A DNA stretch of 64,000 nucleotides from sequence record OR258281.1; one strand, 5' to 3'. Position numbers and translations under genes: made by a program. This document shows, piece by piece, positions 1-11,390 of this stretch (its first letter is position 1; the number at the start of each line of letters is the position of its first letter). A model generated the notes under the pieces. That model did not search any database and was not told the origin of the DNA. It saw nothing but the letters and a program-made list of their open reading frames with translations.

Positions 1-1
1 C

Positions 2-3000
2 ATATTTTGCTTTCAATGAATACAATACTGATGATGTTGCAGAACTTGTATCAACAACTGGAGTACTGAACTTAAAACGTTGAAGTTTAAAGTGATTACC
101 AGTACCTAATACATCCTGAGAAGTACTTTGATACTTTTTATTCACAGCTTCTAACGCAAGTACAGAATCTAGTTCATCTGGAGTACATTGTACGTTATCA
201 AATACTAGAATCTCATTACTTTCCTGGAAAGGTCTCTGAGGTTCAACGAAATCACTAGGTAGAGAACCAGTGGTTACATACTTTTCCTGAATTTCGTCGT
301 ATTGTGCGTATTCATAATCCCAAATATCTTTCTCTACTTTGATCCATGAGCCATTTTCGAAAACATAACCGTTAGGACCAAGATCGTTGGAGATACCATT
401 AATTTCATCTTCATCAGAAGTTTTCTGTTCAATCTGAGAACGAATTTTAGTTCTGTAAGGTTTAACTTCTTCAAAGTACTCAACAATCTGATTAATTAAA
501 TCATCTTGTTGTAGGTAATTTTTCTGTAATGGTTGTTCTAAACCAACCACGAAGATATAAGAGGTTTTATAAACCCAATCTACCACATTTTGTTCAACGT
601 GTACATACTTAACCATATCAAACACCATTCTACTCTGAACAGTATCGAAGGTACTTTTTAGTAAAGTAATTGCCTGACGAACATTTTTCTCAATTGCAGT
701 TTCTGCACCAGTACTATCATACTGATTATATCCACTGAAGAGTTTTTCATTCATTTTGATTGTACTATTCTGACGACCAACAGCCTGCCATAGTAGTTTA
801 TTACGTGATACTGTTTTAACATATAGTGTCCAGATACCATCTGAACCAGTAACACGAATACAATCACCTTCCTGATAGTTTTTCTGGTCTGCAATGTCAG
901 TACTGGTTTCAACTGTAAATTCAGTACTATCATTATAACCATTACTATACCAATCAGTTAGTGACCAGTACTGAGTCATATCTAAATCAGTACCTAGACT
1001 AGAAACATAATCTGCCTGTTTGATAATACTGTGTTTACCAACACCAAGATCAGAAATTGTAATCGGAACAACATTACCATCTGAGCTTGCAGTACGCATT
1101 AACTGTATATAACCTTCATCAGTAATATGTACGAAGTAAACATCAGTATTTGTTAACGGAGATGGCAGTTCACCAGTGGTACTTACCAGAACTGTATCGT
1201 TTTCAACAAATGCTTTATCAGAAACACTAAGAACGTATTGGTTATTATAACTAATAACTTTGAATAACTTCTGGTTAGGGTTAACTTTATTAGTTTTAAC
1301 ATTAAACACAGAGTCCATCAGGACAGTATCAGTAGTAATGTTGATAGTCTTATAAATGCGGTTCATTGCTGAAACGAATTCACGACGAGCTTCCATTACG
1401 TCCATGAACCAAGTTTTATTAGGTTCACAACCAAGTAAAGTACTTGGGTACTGAATTACATTCACTTTATCTTCATCTAATTGTTCTTCACAAGTTAGTG
1501 AGTTGAATAGTGAATTCCAGATATTCGGATTGAAGTTATAATCCATACCTTCTTTACATAACTGGAACTGTTCGTGCTTAACTACTTCAGTTTTATCTTC
1601 CTGATAGTTAATAGTCAGAACACTTTTATCATCAGTAACTAAAGTTTCCTTTGAATTGATGATGAATGAATTACTATCTACCGGAGCGAACCATGGAACA
1701 TTTAGTTCAGATGGATCTTGAAGTGCACGTGCAATTTCATTGATTGTTTTGTTTCTAGAACTAATTTTCGGTACGTATATTGCATTCTGAACCCAAAAAT
1801 AGTAGAATGTTTTATAAGATGAAGTACTTTCATCCCATTCTTCAAATTGTGACCAGTCATCCTGAACAGCAGTACCACTTGGAACCCATGAAGAAGGATC
1901 TTTGTTTAGCTTCTGCTGGATATTACAATATTTTTCCCATTCCAGCGGTGATTTTGGAGATTTAACCCACTCATATACTACAATCTCACCATCCGGTAGT
2001 AATTTACCCCAATTATTACGTTTATACTGTAATGTAGCTTCTACATCAACATTACCTTCCGAATCATATATAGCACGGGTATAATCCATAAAGAACGCAT
2101 TGGAAGTGTCCCACCATACTTCACCAACATGTTCAGAACCCCATGCAAATGACTGCTCTGCATACACATTGAAACGTGCAGGGTTAACCGGAGTAGTATA
2201 CGTAATTTCACGCATTAATGAACCAGGAATAACACCATTAATTGGATCATAAATGTTGAAATTGATTTCAGGAACGTTAGTAACTGAATCGTAAGTACTT
2301 GGGCGGTCAAACATATTACTGTCCGGTGCCTGATAGCTATATTTGTTCGAAACATAGGCATCTTTTTCAGCTTGAGTACTGAAGATTGACTTATAAACAT
2401 AAAGTACGGGTTTCTCACCACTAAAGATAATGTCAGATGTTAATTCCAGTGGAATAACAAATGAATTCATAGTATCAGTACTGGTATAATACTCACGCTC
2501 TGTACTTAACATATCCGGCATGAATTGAGTATTATCTACGAAGTAATAATAATCAACACCACTTACCATGTTATGGTCTGCACTTAAGTTTACAGTACAG
2601 AAAGTACTTGATTCATTAGAAGCACGTTCATTCACAGTAATAGAATCAATTTCAATACCAGTATTAATGATATTGAACACATTCCAGTTTCCGTTAACAT
2701 CACGCAGAATCCATGCTTTAGCTGGCTGTTTATTGTAAGTATAAACGTATTGTGTACGCTCTGCAATAACAGTACTGAAGTCCTTCGATACAATATCAAC
2801 TTCATTTAATGTAACTGGACCGATGTTAGGAAGATTGATATTATTACTAACACCACTTCTCATCGGGAAGCTGAATTTACCATTAGGGCGAGTAACCCAA
2901 CGTGAATCTTTACCATTTGCACCGAAGTACTGGATGGTACTCGTATCAGAATCAGAAGAAGCGTTCACATCGAATGTGAATAACTGTGGATTCTGCTTAA

Positions 3001-6000
3001 TTTCACTGTTAATTAACTGGAACTGAAGATGTTTCTTACCATTAATGTTTCCATAAGTACCAATTTTGAAAGCCCATTCTTCTAGTGCTTTATAGTTTTC
3101 AGTATTATAGCTCTTTGAAACACGTAATACTTTCTCAAATGACTGTTTAGTACCTTTTTCACGAATATAACCTTTATAGAAATCAACCTGTGAACTTTCT
3201 GAGGTGATCATTTCTTTAAGATAATCACGACTCTGGAAACCAATAAGGTGACGACCTAAATTAGCAAGAGTTGAATTATCAGTAGGGTTGTCATTGTCGT
3301 AATACTTGGTAAAATCATTAACTAACTTCTCAAAGTTAGGTAAGGTGCCACTTTCAAGAACCATAAAGCCAGGTGCTTCAAGACGACCATTCCATGAGCC
3401 AGTGATATATCCATAAAGCTGAAGCATTTCATGAATAGAACCATAAACTGGCTGATAAATGTAGTTGCCAAAGATGGTTTTATTATCAAAGATAATTGCA
3501 TGTTCGAATGAAACTAGGTTCAGACGAATTAATGCCATCTGTTTAGTACTATCATCATCAAGGCGAACACTGAAAACGTTACCAATACGAGAAGTATCGA
3601 TCTCAGAAGGACGAATACCTGTACCTGTGCTATCAAGTAGTGACCAAACACCACCAGTATATTGAGCAACAGAAAGAACTGTACCGAATTCTGAGCCAAA
3701 TTTAGCATTAGCTGTGCTTGGAGATAGAATTAAGTACTCACCGCTTGATTTAGTGCTGATAGCCCAATCAAGGTATGACTTAGCAATTTTACCCCAATCA
3801 TATACTTCACCGTTACTGTCAATGTCTTCGAAAATCCATCCTTCGTTAACAAGATACTGACCATAGCCCGTAATGAAGTTATAAACCTCCTGTGGGGTCT
3901 TCAGTAGTGTACCATAGTCGTAGGTACTATATGTACTCAAGAACTCGCTGTAATGCGTTACAGAGAGGTTTCCAGCACTTGCAGTACTACGTTTGCCGAT
4001 TTTGTTAGGATTCTGCACGTTGAACTTAGAATTAACAAGGTCAAAACCAGTTAATGAATAGCCGTTTCCGGTCCAAGTAACTTTCATTGAACTGAAAATA
4101 GCTTCTTTATAAACAGAACTTTTAACAAGTCCGATTTTTTGGTTCTGTTGCGAAACAACACCGAAAGAATCAGATTTGAATGTTAAATTATCAGCTTTAC
4201 TATAACCACCAAGACGATGACCGATATTAACGTTACTAGCACGTAGAATATCACCGTAGTTTTTAGTTACATTAATGTTTTGAGAGATTAGTTTATCGCT
4301 AATCCACATCTGGTAACCAAGAGTACGGATTGAATTCTCACTATGTACTAAAGTATTAGAACTAAAGTTAAGACGAGTATTACTTTCACCGTACTGGAAC
4401 TGAGAATCACCGTTTTTAACAGTTTTAAGGTTAGAACTTTTAGTATCATAGAAATATGATGCAAACTTAGCTGGTTTAGCACGTAATAGAGTTAGTGCTT
4501 TATCAAATGCATAAAGCGGGGTATTAGAATATGCGAATTCAATTTCACCCATATCACCAAACTTCCAAGGTTCTGCTAAATGGTTAAGAGCACCACTTAC
4601 CATACCTAAAGTACTTGGAGAAATTAACTCAACGGTCATAATTTCGTTACCGTTTGATGCATAATTACCAGTTTTCTTGATTACGAACGGAACAACACCG
4701 AAATGTTTATATTTGTCGTACTGGCCTTTACGTGCACCCTGTGAAATAGTACCAGTACTAACATCACCAGAAACACCGTTATAATCCCATAGTCCGTTAC
4801 TTACTAGATTGCCATTTTCATTAACGAATGATGCATCATATACGTTGATAACGTCTGTATCATTAACACCAATCTGTACCTGACGTACTTTATACTCTGT
4901 ATTGAACCAATCAGGACGTTGAGTGAAACCGAACATTTCCCATGGATGAGTATGTGGACGATATGTGCCATACATGTCATTAAAAATTGCACGCCATGAA
5001 CCTTTAGCCGGAATATCGGTAACATTACCATTAACAACGTAAGTAGTACCGGTAAAGTTCCATGTCATCCAGTTATTTTGGTCATAATTATGTGCAGTCG
5101 CATCAATTGAGTTTGATGCAATAAAGTTTGTATACCCACGTAGTGAAAGAGTAGTAAACTCTTCAGAACTGTATTCAGTACCAGTATAATAAGCACTTGG
5201 TTTAAGATCACTTTCATTTAGTACAGGAACATAATCGGCATCTTTAAAATCGGCATCGATACTTGTATAAATGCGATTTTCAAGTTCATAGATTACATCA
5301 TCCATTAAAGGAACGTTACTGTTATTAACAGCATATGCTTTACTTACAGCACCAGTATGATCTACGTTGTAACAACCTACAGAACTACCAACATGCATAT
5401 AAACAGCTTTCTGTGGTTTAAAAGTACCAAGAATTCCTAAGAACTGTGGAGTTGCAGGAATATAAGTAGTTAGTACTGAAGAGTTTGAACCCACTAAGTT
5501 AATAGCGAATGGGAAATCAGAACTCTTACCAATGTTTAGTTTAGACAGAATTTCATCAACCAGAATAGATGCAGTCTTATTAGTGAATGCATTAGGGTCT
5601 GCGTTGTATAGCTGAATCATAACATTGTTAAAGCGGTTTTTGAATCGGAAGTACTCATTCTGGCTATACATAATAGCATCAAATAGATTCAGATTTTCAT
5701 TTGCTGAAGTCAGCATTAGTGGAAGCAGTGAAGCTTCATTCTGAATGATCTGAGTACTTAGACTGTTGTCAACTAAACCTTTCTCAAGCCGTAATTCATA
5801 ATCATTGGTATCATTAATAGAACCACTGGTGATGTTCTTACGAATAATTTCCTGGAAATGAAGAGTATAAAGACCCGCATGAACGTAATCAATTTTACCA
5901 TTCATTGGGTTATTTTTCAGATTGTCAGGAATTTCGTAAGCACCTAATTCTTTGTTTGGTACTTCAGTTGCACTGTAAGTTCTGATGCTAATAATAGTAT

Positions 6001-7756
6001 CATTAGTGAAAGTACTACTATTAGTAATATTAATCTTATCAACTTTACCTTCAGCATTTAAAATAGTAGTAAAACCATTGTCAAATAACTGTTCACCGTC
6101 AACATATACTTCAATAATATCAGTACTAGGAATAACTTTCTGTGCAACTTCATATTCCGTAACATAGATCTCAGAACTAACAACATCATTAGAAACCTGA
6201 TTCCATGTAAATTTAGTTGCACCTGTTTTTTGAGTGAACTGGTAAGTACTGTCAGTCTCAATAACATATGCATACATTTCAGCTATTGGAGAGTTGAAAT
6301 TGTTTAGTTCAAACAGAGAAGCGAATACACGGTACATTGAAGTAGTCTGTGCAGTATAAACTTGACGAACATATTGCTTTGAATCTTCTTCAGAACGAAC
6401 CCAATCAGTTTTAAGACTACTAACAATGGTATCATCTTCACCTGAACTTAGTACATTATAGTAATAGAATCCAGGGATCTCGGTAGTAGTTCCTTGGTTA
6501 GAATAGGTGAAACGTTGAGTCTGTAGATAGTTTTCAAAAACATAGTAGTTCATATCACTAAGTTCGATATGTACACCGTAGTTTTTATCTTCGCCATAAT
6601 TATAGTTAATTTTTAGGCCGAAGAGATTTGAGCCGCTAAAATTAGAGCTTGGATATTTGGTAGTATCACTTAGTAGGTTACCTTTACGATCATATAACTT
6701 GAACAGTGGAGAAGTATTCACACCACTTTTAGCCTGTGCTTTTTTCCATTGAGTACCGGTCCAGTAAAAACTTACGTTTGCGTATGATGCACCTTTACGA
6801 ATTAGTACTGTATCACCAGTTTTAGGTTCACCAGTAGGGCGTGAGTCGGTTTGCTCATCTTCATCTAATGCTAGACCATAAACTTTAGTATTGTCTTCCA
6901 TTGTTTTGACATATACTTTATAGATACGGTTATTTTCTCCGGGGTTACCAATGCTGGTGAATAGAATACGGTCGCCAGTTTGAATGATATTATCATCAAC
7001 ACGAACGTTATCAGATACACGCTTCTGTACAATATCTTCTGGTTTAACAGTATCAGAAAAATAGTCAACCACACCACGGAAACGAGTACCATAGTTTACA
7101 AGTTCAATATCTTTATTGAATTCGATAATCTGTGTTGCTGCACGGGTAAAACGTGAACTCTGTGCTAGGGTATCAGTTAGTTTACTACCATCTGGTAGTT
7201 CCTGACCAATAGTGTACCAGTAGTTCTGTAGAGACCACGTATTACCGTTTAGTGCATTACGTTCCATAACGATATAATCAGGAGAAATACCGAATTCGTT
7301 CTGGTTATCCCAAAAATAAGAACTGAAGTTCTGCATTTTGTTTGGGTTAATTGGTGGCGTCCATGAATAGAACTTACCACTGTTTAGGCGGCTTTCATTA
7401 TCCGTTAGTGAACCGTTATTTTCAAGGTGACCAACTAGATCTGGATAAAATTGTAGTGAACGAATAGAACTGTCAGTATTACGGCTTACATAAGCTGGAG
7501 AGAACTGATATTGCTGACGTTGTTCATCCTTCTCAGTTAAGAAAATTTTACCGGCAGCAGCGGGTGAACTATTATCACCGATATAGCCATCATATAGTTC
7601 TTGTTCTTCTGGAGTAAACCAAGGCTGAATAGCTTCATCGAAAAACATCTGAATCTGTTCTAGGTTTTGCATCCATTCTGGTAATCTTTTAATAACTAAT
7701 TTCTGATTCACCGCTTCGCTGATTTTAGAAGGTTGAAACGCAAATTTGTTAGCCAT
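2..7756 (-). CDS. Very large virion/baseplate wedge protein (>2585 aa, 3' end beyond window; not in ORF track)
   Basis: ATG at 7756 with GAGG SD, begins MANKFAFQPSKISEAVNQKLVIKRLPEWMQ. The frame is still open at base 2 (...SSVLYSLKAKY), and the ORF track reports no internal stop. It follows gp6 and has its own GATAAATA late promoter, which is the position of a gp7-like wedge protein. Confidence 0.75.
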   Translation of the reverse strand, partial: MANKFAFQPSKISEAVNQKLVIKRLPEWMQNLEQIQMFFDEAIQPWFTPEEQELYDGYIGDNSSPAAAGKIFLTEKDEQRQQYQFSPAYVSRNTDSSIRSLQFYPDLVGHLENNGSLTDNESRLNSGKFYSWTPPINPNKMQNFSSYFWDNQNEFGISPDYIVMERNALNGNTWSLQNYWYTIGQELPDGSKLTDTLAQSSRFTRAATQIIEFNKDIELVNYGTRFRGVVDYFSDTVKPEDIVQKRVSDNVRVDDNIIQTGDRILFTSIGNPGENNRIYKVYVKTMEDNTKVYGLALDEDEQTDSRPTGEPKTGDTVLIRKGASYANVSFYWTGTQWKKAQAKSGVNTSPLFKLYDRKGNLLSDTTKYPSSNFSGSNLFGLKINYNYGEDKNYGVHIELSDMNYYVFENYLQTQRFTYSNQGTTTEIPGFYYYNVLSSGEDDTIVSSLKTDWVRSEEDSKQYVRQVYTAQTTSMYRVFASLFELNNFNSPIAEMYAYVIETDSTYQFTQKTGATKFTWNQVSNDVVSSEIYVTEYEVAQKVIPSTDIIEVYVDGEQLFDNGFTTILNAEGKVDKINITNSSTFTNDTIISIRTYSATEVPNKELGAYEIPDNLKNNPMNGKIDYVHAGLYTLHFQEIIRKNITSGSINDTNDYELRLEKGLVDNSLSTQIIQNEASLLPLMLTSANENLNLFDAIMYSQNEYFRFKNRFNNVMIQLYNADPNAFTNKTASILVDEILSKLNIGKSSDFPFAINLVGSNSSVLTTYIPATPQFLGILGTFKPQKAVYMHVGSSVGCYNVDHTGAVSKAYAVNNSNVPLMDDVIYELENRIYTSIDADFKDADYVPVLNESDLKPSAYYTGTEYSSEEFTTLSLRGYTNFIASNSIDATAHNYDQNNWMTWNFTGTTYVVNGNVTDIPAKGSWRAIFNDMYGTYRPHTHPWEMFGFTQRPDWFNTEYKVRQVQIGVNDTDVINVYDASFVNENGNLVSNGLWDYNGVSGDVSTGTISQGARKGQYDKYKHFGVVPFVIKKTGNYASNGNEIMTVELISPSTLGMVSGALNHLAEPWKFGDMGEIEFAYSNTPLYAFDKALTLLRAKPAKFASYFYDTKSSNLKTVKNGDSQFQYGESNTRLNFSSNTLVHSENSIRTLGYQMWISDKLISQNINVTKNYGDILRASNVNIGHRLGGYSKADNLTFKSDSFGVVSQQNQKIGLVKSSVYKEAIFSSMKVTWTGNGYSLTGFDLVNSKFNVQNPNKIGKRSTASAGNLSVTHYSEFLSTYSTYDYGTLLKTPQEVYNFITGYGQYLVNEGWIFEDIDSNGEVYDWGKIAKSYLDWAISTKSSGEYLILSPSTANAKFGSEFGTVLSVAQYTGGVWSLLDSTGTGIRPSEIDTSRIGNVFSVRLDDDSTKQMALIRLNLVSFEHAIIFDNKTIFGNYIYQPVYGSIHEMLQLYGYITGSWNGRLEAPGFMVLESGTLPNFEKLVNDFTKYYDNDNPTDNSTLANLGRHLIGFQSRDYLKEMITSESSQVDFYKGYIREKGTKQSFEKVLRVSKSYNTENYKALEEWAFKIGTYGNINGKKHLQFQLINSEIKQNPQLFTFDVNASSDSDTSTIQYFGANGKDSRWVTRPNGKFSFPMRSGVSNNINLPNIGPVTLNEVDIVSKDFSTVIAERTQYVYTYNKQPAKAWILRDVNGNWNVFNIINTGIEIDSITVNERASNESSTFCTVNLSADHNMVSGVDYYYFVDNTQFMPDMLSTEREYYTSTDTMNSFVIPLELTSDIIFSGEKPVLYVYKSIFSTQAEKDAYVSNKYSYQAPDSNMFDRPSTYDSVTNVPEINFNIYDPINGVIPGSLMREITYTTPVNPARFNVYAEQSFAWGSEHVGEVWWDTSNAFFMDYTRAIYDSEGNVDVEATLQYKRNNWGKLLPDGEIVVYEWVKSPKSPLEWEKYCNIQQKLNKDPSSWVPSGTAVQDDWSQFEEWDESTSSYKTFYYFWVQNAIYVPKISSRNKTINEIARALQDPSELNVPWFAPVDSNSFIINSKETLVTDDKSVLTINYQEDKTEVVKHEQFQLCKEGMDYNFNPNIWNSLFNSLTCEEQLDEDKVNVIQYPSTLLGCEPNKTWFMDVMEARREFVSAMNRIYKTINITTDTVLMDSVFNVKTNKVNPNQKLFKVISYNNQYVLSVSDKAFVENDTVLVSTTGELPSPLTNTDVYFVHITDEGYIQLMRTASSDGNVVPITISDLGVGKHSIIKQADYVSSLGTDLDMTQYWSLTDWYSNGYNDSTEFTVETSTDIADQKNYQEGDCIRVTGSDGIWTLYVKTVSRNKLLWQAVGRQNSTIKMNEKLFSGYNQYDSTGAETAIEKNVRQAITLLKSTFDTVQSRMVFDMVKYVHVEQNVVDWVYKTSYIFVVGLEQPLQKNYLQQDDLINQIVEYFEEVKPYRTKIRSQIEQKTSDEDEINGISNDLGPNGYVFENGSWIKVEKDIWDYEYAQYDEIQEKYVTTGSLPSDFVEPQRPFQESNEILVFDNVQCTPDELDSVLALEAVNKKYQSTSQDVLGTGNHFKLQRFKFSTPVVDTSSATSSVLYSLKAKY

Positions 7757-7796
7757 GTTAGTTCCTCGTATAAAAATTCTTTCTTTTCATTTGAAA

Positions 7797-7804
7797 TATT
7801 TATC
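7797..7804 (-). promoter_or_regulatory. Late promoter (GATAAATA variant of T4 TATAAATA)
   Basis: tatttatc on + strand, about 40 nt upstream of the 7756 ATG and just downstream of a terminator. Confidence 0.65.
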
Positions 7805-7808
7805 AAAG

Positions 7809-7834
7809 AAAAAGGGGAACATAAAGTTCCCCTT
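7809..7834 (-). terminator. Intrinsic terminator after gp6
   Basis: aggggaac-ataaa-gttcccct stem with A-run on + strand (U-run on minus strand). Confidence 0.8.
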
Positions 7835-7837
7835 AAA

Positions 7838-10800
7838 TTACTTGCCAATATTAATGTTAGTTTGAGATAGAGAGTTAACAATTAGTACATTTTCAACGGT
7901 AGCCGTATTAACGAATAACTGATCAGACTCACTAGGTATTTCAAACAACGTACCAAATTTCGAATTTGGATTTGTAGGCACAATAACAATAGTACTTATA
8001 TCTGTTGCTAACTCCTGATGAATATACGTACAAAGTTCAGTAAAGTAGAAGCTTTCACCAAAATCCCAATTTGAAACTTCAAAGAAAGTATTCGTTAATT
8101 CAATAACCTTCTGACGAATTTCGTCATCACTAAAACTTGAATTAGGAGAACGTACTACTTTAAATGTTGCTTTATAGCTATCATCGGCAGCATTACCAAA
8201 TAATGGCAGATAACGAGCACTGTGCCAAATAATGCTATCACTAACTACAATCTTTGTTTCAACTTCTTCAAACATTTCCTGTAAATCGGAAGATGTTGGT
8301 GGTTTAGGGAAATCAGAACCGTCAGCAGTATCTACCCATAGTTGTACTTCATCACGATACGAAGTAGTAAGAACATACATATCAATAATGTTGGTTTTAC
8401 TTGGGTCAATTCTGTTATCATCTGGTGCATAGTGTTTCCACTGGAATTTCAAACTCACACGAGCATCATCTTTAAGGATATATTCGGTACTAACATCTTT
8501 ATAACCATAATATGTAAGAGTCTTAGTCTGTGGTGCAGTACTATCTGACAGATTCTGAATAGCACGATAAAATGCAAGTTCAGGAGTAATAGCTGCTGTA
8601 TCAGCACTGGACGTCATATTAGATAAGAAATTAGTCAGTCTGTCATTATTATTCGCTACAGTTTGTTCAATATAGTATTGAGTTCCATTGTAGTTGAAAG
8701 AAATAACAAAACCTGATGCTTTATTATATAAATTACTTATACTAGTACTTCTCATATTGATATTTCGTAAGAAAGCTGCTTTTTTGTAAGCATTATTCTC
8801 TGACTGTGCCGACTGAGCGGTATAAGTCCATGAACTATCAAGAAGAGTGAAGTTATTAGTTGGTAATGGTAAGTAATCTATGGTAAAATCATCATTCTGG
8901 TGAAGAACTATAATTGTTCCGTACTTAATCTTATCAGTTCCGGTATATTCAGGTACTAAAGTACGATACATATTAGGATTTAACGGGATTCCATTAGAAT
9001 CAAGCTTAGAACTCGTAATAAGTGCACGAGAACCATCCATATATCCATTATCCTGATTAACAACATCAATAATCTGATAATCTATCGGATCAGAGTAACC
9101 ATTATTGTTAGTAGGTGTACTGTTAACAGGTAAGATACTGATTTTATCAGTCTGAACAGTACCAGTACTAATATCCGAAATCTTATTAGTACTAACAAAA
9201 TAAAACTTAACTTTATCTCCACCAATAAAGACATAATCAACACCATAAGATACGAAATCCCATGAAGATGCATTAAATGTTGCTTTTAGGAAGATTGGAT
9301 GGTCAGTACTGTTTACAGTAATGGTATTCTCATCAAATGTACCTTCAACTACATTCCATGTTGAGTCATCTGGTTCATAGTACAATATAAAATCAGTCTG
9401 TTTAGCCATCTGATTAGAGATTAACTGCACTTCTGAAGTACTAAATTTAGTTCTGAAGTACTTAATATACTTAGAAGCAACCCAAGTTGAGTTAACTGCA
9501 TCAGATAATACAATATAACCAGTATCAAGCTTAGTTACAACCGAAGTCCATAGTGAATTAGTACCGGTACTATCAGTGAACTGAATTAATGTACCCACAT
9601 CATATGATACGGTCTGTGAACCAGTGCTTAATAGTCCATATGTGCCATATGTATAACTTGAACTTGATTGTGGATTCCAGTAATAAGAAGTAGTGTTGCT
9701 AACTGTATTACTTGGGAACTCCTGATAACGCTGAATAACAGAATTCGAACCAATTAAAGGCTGAATGCTGTCAATAACAATACTAGCATTAGCTTTAGTA
9801 GTAGGAAGCGGCACAGAAGACTTAACAATAGCTGCTTCTTCATCACGATAGATTGCACCATCATCAGCAAATACATCAGTATTTTGATATTTGCCAGTAC
9901 TGTCATTAATATCAATGAATCTGGACTGACCAGAATACAAACGGTTAATTGCTTTAGTTTTTAGTACTGCGTTACCTAACATTTGCGGTGCTATATTGTA
10001 ATCTTCACCAGTTACTACACGACTTTGCAGGTAATAGTTTTGTGGTGCACGAGATTTGATCTGTTCTAAAGTTTCTTTAGCTAAAGCGTTATCAACTGAG
10101 TACTGTAGTGAGAATTTGATAGTCAAAGTACTTGACTGATCCGCACTTTGTCCAGCAGTTCGGTAGCTGTACTGAATAGTTTTATTTTGAATATCGCTGG
10201 TTTTAATAGAATAAGTAAGACCATTACTTTTTCTGTACCACATACGATATAATCCACGTGGTGGGTTACCACTACGGTTATCAGGGAACTTTAAAGTTAC
10301 TGCATCATTATCACGGGTAGTAACAGCATAGATATTTTTTAGTTCACGTGCGACAGAGTTATATGCAACGGATTCAATTGCTGGAACCTGAGTCCATTTA
10401 CTTCTGATAATACCATCAGATGTAATTTCTTGTACCCACAAGTCAGTTTGGTTAATATTAATTCCATCTAAATCTACAGTTCGGTTTTCTACTGGCTGGT
10501 CAAACTGATAATCTTCGTAAGAAAGAGTACCTTGTTTGAAATAAACAAAGAAGCCAGTATTTGGAGAACTAAAACCATTACCATCATTACGATAAATGAT
10601 ATTCTGTTGTGCCTGTGGTTCAGGATGACGTTCTTCAAATGTGCCAGTACTGGAAATATCAGGATTGACTACTTCGAAGTTCATACTTGTACCATTAACG
10701 TTAGCACTGAACGGATATGCTGGTGCACTGAATGGTAGTGTGTTCATTCGGTAAATGTAATTAAGATACGAATTACTATCAACTACTTTTTTAACGGGTG

Positions 10801-11314
10801 AACCAAACTGGTTTGAAGAAATAAATGCACTATTCAGTACAAGAATAAAGTTTTCATACCAGTAGCTATCAGTAGGGTCATTCCATGTAATAGCTTTACC
10901 TTTTAGTGGATCACCATTACTGTTACGAATATCCTGATTGGTACTTACTTCAGTAATTTTAGCAATACCTTTACCAGAATAACAACGGCGTGGTGAATAG
11001 GAAATCATTTTAGCCAATCTTAGTACTGAACTGCGTCTTTCTGCACTATCCAAAAAGTTCTCGCGGGAGTTCATGTCCATACGGAATGCTAAGTTCTGAC
11101 CAATAAATGAAATAGTATCTAGAATGAAAATGAATTCATCGTTTTCGATCCAATCTGAGAAAGAATCTGGATATGTGGTTTGTATATAATTAACCATACT
11201 GGAACGAATGGTATCGAAGTCAAAACTTTGTAAGTTAATCTTACTGAAAGCCTGATATACTACTTCCCAATCCTCACCAGCATAGAGATTACTTTGTCTT
11301 GTTGCAATCGCCAT
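7838..11314 (-). CDS. gp6: Baseplate wedge subunit (T4 gp6-like), 1158 aa
   Basis: N-terminal FDFDTIR...FILDTISF...ENFLDSAERRSSVLRLAKMISYSP and later RAPQNY..QSRVVTGEDY, typical of gp6/baseplate J; AAGGA SD. Confidence 0.88.
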   Translation of the reverse strand: MAIATRQSNLYAGEDWEVVYQAFSKINLQSFDFDTIRSSMVNYIQTTYPDSFSDWIENDEFIFILDTISFIGQNLAFRMDMNSRENFLDSAERRSSVLRLAKMISYSPRRCYSGKGIAKITEVSTNQDIRNSNGDPLKGKAITWNDPTDSYWYENFILVLNSAFISSNQFGSPVKKVVDSNSYLNYIYRMNTLPFSAPAYPFSANVNGTSMNFEVVNPDISSTGTFEERHPEPQAQQNIIYRNDGNGFSSPNTGFFVYFKQGTLSYEDYQFDQPVENRTVDLDGININQTDLWVQEITSDGIIRSKWTQVPAIESVAYNSVARELKNIYAVTTRDNDAVTLKFPDNRSGNPPRGLYRMWYRKSNGLTYSIKTSDIQNKTIQYSYRTAGQSADQSSTLTIKFSLQYSVDNALAKETLEQIKSRAPQNYYLQSRVVTGEDYNIAPQMLGNAVLKTKAINRLYSGQSRFIDINDSTGKYQNTDVFADDGAIYRDEEAAIVKSSVPLPTTKANASIVIDSIQPLIGSNSVIQRYQEFPSNTVSNTTSYYWNPQSSSSYTYGTYGLLSTGSQTVSYDVGTLIQFTDSTGTNSLWTSVVTKLDTGYIVLSDAVNSTWVASKYIKYFRTKFSTSEVQLISNQMAKQTDFILYYEPDDSTWNVVEGTFDENTITVNSTDHPIFLKATFNASSWDFVSYGVDYVFIGGDKVKFYFVSTNKISDISTGTVQTDKISILPVNSTPTNNNGYSDPIDYQIIDVVNQDNGYMDGSRALITSSKLDSNGIPLNPNMYRTLVPEYTGTDKIKYGTIIVLHQNDDFTIDYLPLPTNNFTLLDSSWTYTAQSAQSENNAYKKAAFLRNINMRSTSISNLYNKASGFVISFNYNGTQYYIEQTVANNNDRLTNFLSNMTSSADTAAITPELAFYRAIQNLSDSTAPQTKTLTYYGYKDVSTEYILKDDARVSLKFQWKHYAPDDNRIDPSKTNIIDMYVLTTSYRDEVQLWVDTADGSDFPKPPTSSDLQEMFEEVETKIVVSDSIIWHSARYLPLFGNAADDSYKATFKVVRSPNSSFSDDEIRQKVIELTNTFFEVSNWDFGESFYFTELCTYIHQELATDISTIVIVPTNPNSKFGTLFEIPSESDQLFVNTATVENVLIVNSLSQTNINIGK

Positions 11315-11350
11315 TTATAAACATCCTTTTAATCTATTTGGACTTTGTAA

Positions 11351-11358
11351 TATTTATA
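11351..11358 (-). promoter_or_regulatory. Late promoter TATAAATA for gp6
   Basis: Perfect T4 late consensus 37 nt upstream of the ATG at 11314. Confidence 0.8.
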
Positions 11359-11362
11359 AAAG

Positions 11363-11387
11363 AAAAAGGCTCCAATGAAGGAGCCTT
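11363..11387 (-). terminator. Intrinsic terminator after gp25
   Basis: aaggctcc-aatgaa-ggagcctt stem plus A-run. Confidence 0.8.
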
Positions 11388-11390
11388 ATC

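Noticed and set aside
751-7092. Ten short ORFs (60-77 aa) listed in 1-7.1 kb
   Set aside because: All are alternative-frame or antisense shadows of the single giant minus-strand ORF, with no SD or motif support
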